From: the human T2T-CHM13v2.0 reference genome, Homo sapiens
Assembly (NCBI RefSeq): GCF_009914755.1
Contig: NC_060935.1
DNA: 64,000 bases
Reading direction: 5' to 3' (one strand)
A program made the translations under genes and the position numbers. Below are positions 58,747-64,000 of the stretch, one piece after another. The first letter of the stretch is position 1. Every line of letters starts with the position of its first letter. The notes under the pieces were generated by a model. It was not told the DNA's origin, searched no databases, and saw nothing but the letters and a program-made list of their open reading frames with translations.

Positions 58747-61438
58747 TATAATATGGGCTCCTATTGATATATACTGTAAATATATTTATACATGAAATAT
58801 ATATATTTCATGTATATATATATATTTTCACAGACTGGTGAAAAAGTTTAGAAAATATGAATCAAGCTGTACAGTGGTTGTATCTATGGAGTTGGGATTA
58901 TGGGGAACTTTCATTTGTACATTGTATGTTTGTTCTTGTGTTTTAAATTTTTTCACAATGAGTATACACTGCTTTTCCTACTGGAAAAAATAGGTACTGT
59001 ATTTTCATCTGGAACAAAAATGAGACAGCTCTACAGTTCAACTTAGAGACATGTTAGCATGTAGATCTTTTGGAGAAGCTCCAACGAGAGAGGAAGCTAA
59101 GGCAAGTGTGTCTTATTGCTGCAGTATATGTCTCCCTACCAATTATGGTCTCCTGCTCAATGTGTTCTTGAATTGTTAGTCAGCAAAATGAATACTTTTT
59201 ACTCTTTCCTAAATTCTGTCAGGCTACACATATTTTATAATTGATATGTAGCTTGTCATTCCAGTGTTCTAGTGCCCCTTATATTTCAGCATACTGTAGC
59301 TGGTTAAGATAGTGTCACATAGTTTCATTCTTTTTTCTGTGCATTTGTCTCTCCATCTGTGAGTACAGCGTTGTGTTGATCCTTGCACATATTCCATGTA
59401 TCTCTCTATACTCTGACTTTGAATCTGCTAATCAAACACTGTACACTTTAGTTGGTGACCACTGTGTCCTAAAATAATATATTGTTACTGTAAATACATG
59501 ATAAATTATTTTCTCTGAATCAGGTAACATCTCACTATAAATGAAGGTAACCACATGAAGGTATTTGAATATATTACTTACAGTACTTGAATATAGTATA
59601 AAGTTTTTACTTTATACTATAAAGTATAAAAGTAATACTTTTATACTTTTTTCCCTAATAAGGGAAAAGTCACTTATTAGGTACCAGGAGACTTGTGTAA
59701 TTATCCAGCTCTATTATGTACTTGGGTAGTTACATTATCTACTTGGGGCTAATAATGCTTGCTGTGGTAACCTAACAAGGAATGAACATTCATTCATTTG
59801 TTCATTCATGAGGATTAAGCAAGATAATGTATGTGAGAGTATTCTATAAATGGTAACATACAATGCAGATGTAAGTCTGTACTTCTGTTATTGTGCTAAT
59901 ACAGAGTCTCTGTGATGGCATAGGTGGCAGTGATGTCATGATGGTGGTGGGAGTCCAGAAGGGAGATACTGCAAATACTTTTTTCAACATCACTTTCTCA
60001 TAACTAACAAGATCTTTTCTCCAGAATAGCTCTATTTTTTTAAAAAAATTAATTGTGCTAGGAGCTCTCATAAGTATTTGCATATCCAGAAGTTGACCTA
60101 GGGAATAAAAAGAGGCAGAAAAATAGTTTAGTGGCTTACTAATTAACACAAATTTGAGTTATATGCAAACTCAGTAGTGTCTTCTCAGCATTAACTATAG
60201 ACAGTTCATTTGTCCTGAAAGCTTTATTGTTTGATTGTGATTGTGTAGATCTTTCTCCCATAAAACATTGGATTAGTAGGTGTACATATATGCTAAACAA
60301 CTAAAATACAGCTTAATATCCTTAATTTAGATACATTTTAAATCTTAACTTTAGCAATTATCTTTTCCTTTGGCTTCTCTGGGCAACTAGATTTCAACTC
60401 ATGACTTGATTAAGCCATCTCCATTTTGAACTTTCTGAAAAAACGGAAGAAAATCTCTGATTTTTCATAGTAAAACATAAATTTAATTACTGGTAGGTAT
60501 ATATTCTACTTGCTTTTTTTGAAAGCTTTAGGGAGAATTTCAACCTCTGCATTAAAAGTCAGTAAGAAAAAGCTCTTACGACAATAACTTTCCCCTAAAA
60601 AGCACAAATGCTTCTTTGCCTGTCATTTAAAAAATATTTATTGTGCACTCAATGCAGAAATTGTAATGATATGATGCTCTAGTAGAGTTATAAAATCTTT
60701 GACGTAATTATTAGTTTGGAGAAAGTAAAGGCCTAGGTATCAATATCTAAAAATATATAAACATTTTTTTGATCTTAAACAGTCATTCTCAACCTCTTCC
60801 ATTTTTTCTATTCATACCTCTTATAATTCAAACAGCAAAATATAAATCCTTTGAATTGATTATGTTGCTTGTTTTTTCCAAGTTACTCTATGTTGAAAAT
60901 AGGAAAAATATATAACTTTCATAAAGTTATATAAGGTAGATGAAAGTAATAGACTTGTGAAGCAAAGTTGTATTCAATAGAGCTAAAACCAAAGTGAGCT
61001 CTACTTTAATGTTTAATCAAAGTCCTAAAAATACGGTTGGTCTTAGTAGGCATGAGTTTTCTAGAAAGAGTACTATTTTGTTGAATTTTGGCATAGAGGA
61101 AAAGTAATGTTTTATATCTTTTGATTTTATACATGAAAATAAAAATGATTTTTACCACTTTTAATGGACCTCTGTCTTTTAGGAGCACATCTGACTTCAC
61201 GTTAGAGTTATATATTAAGTTTTCTCAAGCTACATATTCTTTACTGAGATGCTTAATATTTCACATATCATATAAAAGGAAGATTGTTCTTTAATTTACT
61301 AAGGTAAAATTAACCAAAAGTAATTTAAATTTCAGTTATTAGTGTAGCAATCTGTAGGAATTAGGTAGACTCTGAGTTTGAATTGGAAACTTGCTTGTAT
61401 TTAGTTGTGTTTTTTTAAGGTAAAATAATGTGCTTACA

Positions 61439-61848
61439 AAGACATGGAATCAACCTAAATACCCATCTATGATAGACTGGATAAAGAAAATATGGTACAT
61501 GGAATACTTTGCAGCCATAACAAGAATGAGATCATGTCCTTTGCAGGGACATGGGTGAAGCTGGAAGCCATTATCCTCAGCAAACTAATGCCGGAACAAA
61601 AAGCCAAACACCACATGTTCTCACTTATAAGTGGGAGCTGAACAATGAGAACACAAAGACACAGGGCGGGGAACCACACACCCTGGTGCCTGTCAGGGGA
61701 GGTGATGGGAGGGAGAACATCAGGATAAATAGCTAATGCATGCAGGGCTTAATACCTAGGTGATGAGTCGGTAGGTGTGGCAAACCACCATGGCACACGT
61801 TTACCTGTGTAACAAACCTGCACATCCTGCACGTGTATCCCAGAACTT
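61439..61848 (+). mobile_element. L1PA 3' end (about 410 bp)
   Basis: gacatggaatcaacctaaat...cacatgttctcacttataagtgggagctgaacaatgagaacac...cccagaactt; TSD aataat(g/a)tgcttaca. Confidence 0.92.
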
Positions 61849-62829
61849 AATAATATGCTTACACTTGATGTGTATATAGGTAGCCATTGTTTGTACATTC
61901 ATTCATTCATTTAACAGATATGCATTGAACACCTACACTATGGCAAGAACTCCATTTTAATTATTTTGCTACAGCGTAAGTTGCTATTTGGCTTTGTCAG
62001 TGGCAAATACATTATTCCAGCCAGGAGGACTTTGCAAGCTCTATAGCTTTTTTCTTGGTGAGCTGATAATTTTAATGGAAGTCATTTGCTACTCCAAAAG
62101 CTTTGCATGAATGCTGCATAGGAATAATTAGAAGCTGTAACAAGGAGTCAATTCTTTGTACAAATATTTATCTCACATAACTTTATATGATTGAAGATAA
62201 TACATCGGTGCTTCTAAGATCCCACCTAAACACAATTTCTTTACAAACCTGTCAAAATTATTGAGTATCCGCTGTGTAAAAATACAGAAATAAAAAAGAT
62301 AAATATTACATATATACATACATATATATACACATACATATGTGAAACAATGTAATCAATCTTGAGATAACAAAAAACACATAGAACTTCAAGTCTTGTC
62401 ATTAGATACACTAAATCTGTGGGAAATTGGCAATGAAAAAGTTATGACCAAAATGAATTACTTCTGAGTTTTTAGCCATTTTTTTCAGTCAGTTGGGACA
62501 TTCATATGTGAGGATTATGGAATGTAAGGAATGACAGAAATTGGTAGAGCAGCGAAATCTAGTCTCCCAGTTTGCAGTTTTGCCAAGAATTGCGGTGAGA
62601 GATTGTATGTCATTAATTTCATCTTGGGGCTTCCTTTTGATATACCACTCCAATTTTGAGCAAGTTATCATGAAAAACATGGATCACTTAGATGTGAATG
62701 AGAGTAACTTGAATAATGTAACTGGGCATCTAATTAATATAAGTTCTTGAAGAAACAAAACCAACTAGATTCAGAAGGCCTTGATTAGAAAAGGTGCTTT
62801 TGAAACTATTGTTAATAATGCTAAATACA

Positions 62830-63080
62830 ATAACTTGACTAAAACTTTTATTAATAATTACCATGTGGCAAGTACTCTACCAATCATCTTGTATGTCTTT
62901 TCTCATTTAACCCTCACATAGGTGGATGTGTTATCATTATCTTCATATAGATGAGGAAAGGGAGACTCAAATTGATAAAATAAATTTGCTCATAGTGACA
63001 CAGTTAATAATTAGAAGAAGTAGTCTTGATTAAATCAGAGGCAGGTGAGTCTTGGTTTTAAAAACCCATGTTCTTAACCA
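62830..63080 (-). mobile_element. MIR SINE
   Basis: ctcatttaaccctcac...agatgaggaaagggagactca...tttgctcatagtgacacagttaataa. Confidence 0.7.
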
Positions 63081-63085
63081 TTATA

Positions 63086-63276
63086 ATGGTGTTTCTCAAA
63101 GTATGTTTTGTAGACCACAAACATTGAAATTATATTAGGTAACTATATTAAAAGGTTCCTAGGTCCCATACCAGACCTTCTGAATCAGATTCCTTGGGTA
63201 TGGGATCCAGGGCTCTGAATTTTTAACAAGCTTTTCAAGGTGATTCTTACGGACGCTAAAGTGTGAGAACCACTGC
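63086..63276. mobile_element. MER5A
   Basis: tttctcaaagt...cagaccttctgaatcaga...tttttaacaagc...ggtgattctt...aaagtgtgagaaccactg. Confidence 0.85.
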
Positions 63277-64000
63277 ACTACCAGGGCTGAGGGTCAAGTT
63301 AGGCCAACTACCCTTCCCCTCAACCAGAAGGGCCACCCTGAGAGTAGGTCTGAGAGGAAGCCATCCAACAGTAAAGGTAATGGGAAAAGACGTTATTACT
63401 TTGATTATGAAAAGACAGTTTAGTTGGAGATTCTTTAGTCATAGTATACATTATAGAAATAACTTCAGACTCGAATTTGATTGCTGTCATTTATGGAACT
63501 GTTCTCGGAACCATAGATTGAGAAAAACAACGTTGTATCCTTTCTCCTAAGCTCAGAAATGCTCAGTAACTTGACCTTCAGCTTTGGCACCAACTTCCCT
63601 TTCCTTGCACCAGAAGAATTCTTCCAACAGAAGGCAAGAAAAGAGAAGATCCAAGAAGATGGACAGTGAGAAAGGGAATTGGCATTTTCGTAGGAAAGAG
63701 GACTACTTCAGAGAGAGGTTCCTAAAATTGAGGTGTAATGAAGGCTTGTCTTCCTCACAGGGTGGAGATCAGATTGGATACAGATATGAACGTGCATATT
63801 GCCTTGCAAAGAAGCTTTCTAAGGACATTAAACAGTGAGAAATGGTCAGTTGTGGCACCAGGACGGAGATTTATGCCAAAGAATCTTATCGGAAGTAGAT
63901 TCCATCCATTTTCAGTGCCAGCACCAAAATGTTCCACCCATAATTTTAGGATTGCCCTGGGGCAAGCTGGGAGGTGTCTGTGGTGTAAATTAGCTTTTTC

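Noticed and set aside
63263-63937. Several short ORFs at the end of the window, considered as possible exon 4
   Set aside because: None encodes the expected kinase continuation (DYL...HRDLK), so exon 4 lies beyond the window

Overview
Human (or great-ape) genomic DNA covering the 5' part of SIK2 (salt-inducible kinase 2, an AMPK-related Ser/Thr kinase; from memory human 11q23) on the + strand. Positions 1-12 kb are repeat-rich upstream DNA. A CpG-island promoter lies at about 12.1-13.4 kb. Three coding exons are present (12699-12833, 26361-26477, 30461-30524), encoding residues 1-105 of the kinase N-lobe including the Gly-rich loop, K49 and gatekeeper T96. The window ends inside the long intron 3. 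The rest is a mosaic of Alu, L1, L2, L3/CR1, MIR, MaLR/MER21 LTRs, DNA-transposon fossils (Tigger2, MER44A, MER1, MER63, MER5) and microsatellites. I see no evidence of a new multi-gene system, and almost all ORF-track entries are repeat- or GC-derived noise. The most interesting signals are: (1) splicing architecture, namely a donor rebuilt at the exon 2/3 junction, a candidate recursive splice site in intron 3, and inverted Alus flanking exons 2-3 that could favour a circRNA; (2) a compact X-box/CCAAT/inverted-CRE promoter module; (3) a tiny L1 with an apparent 3' transduction; (4) clusters of nested palindromes that look like template-switch repair scars. Repeat subfamily calls and most repeat boundaries are by eye and approximate.
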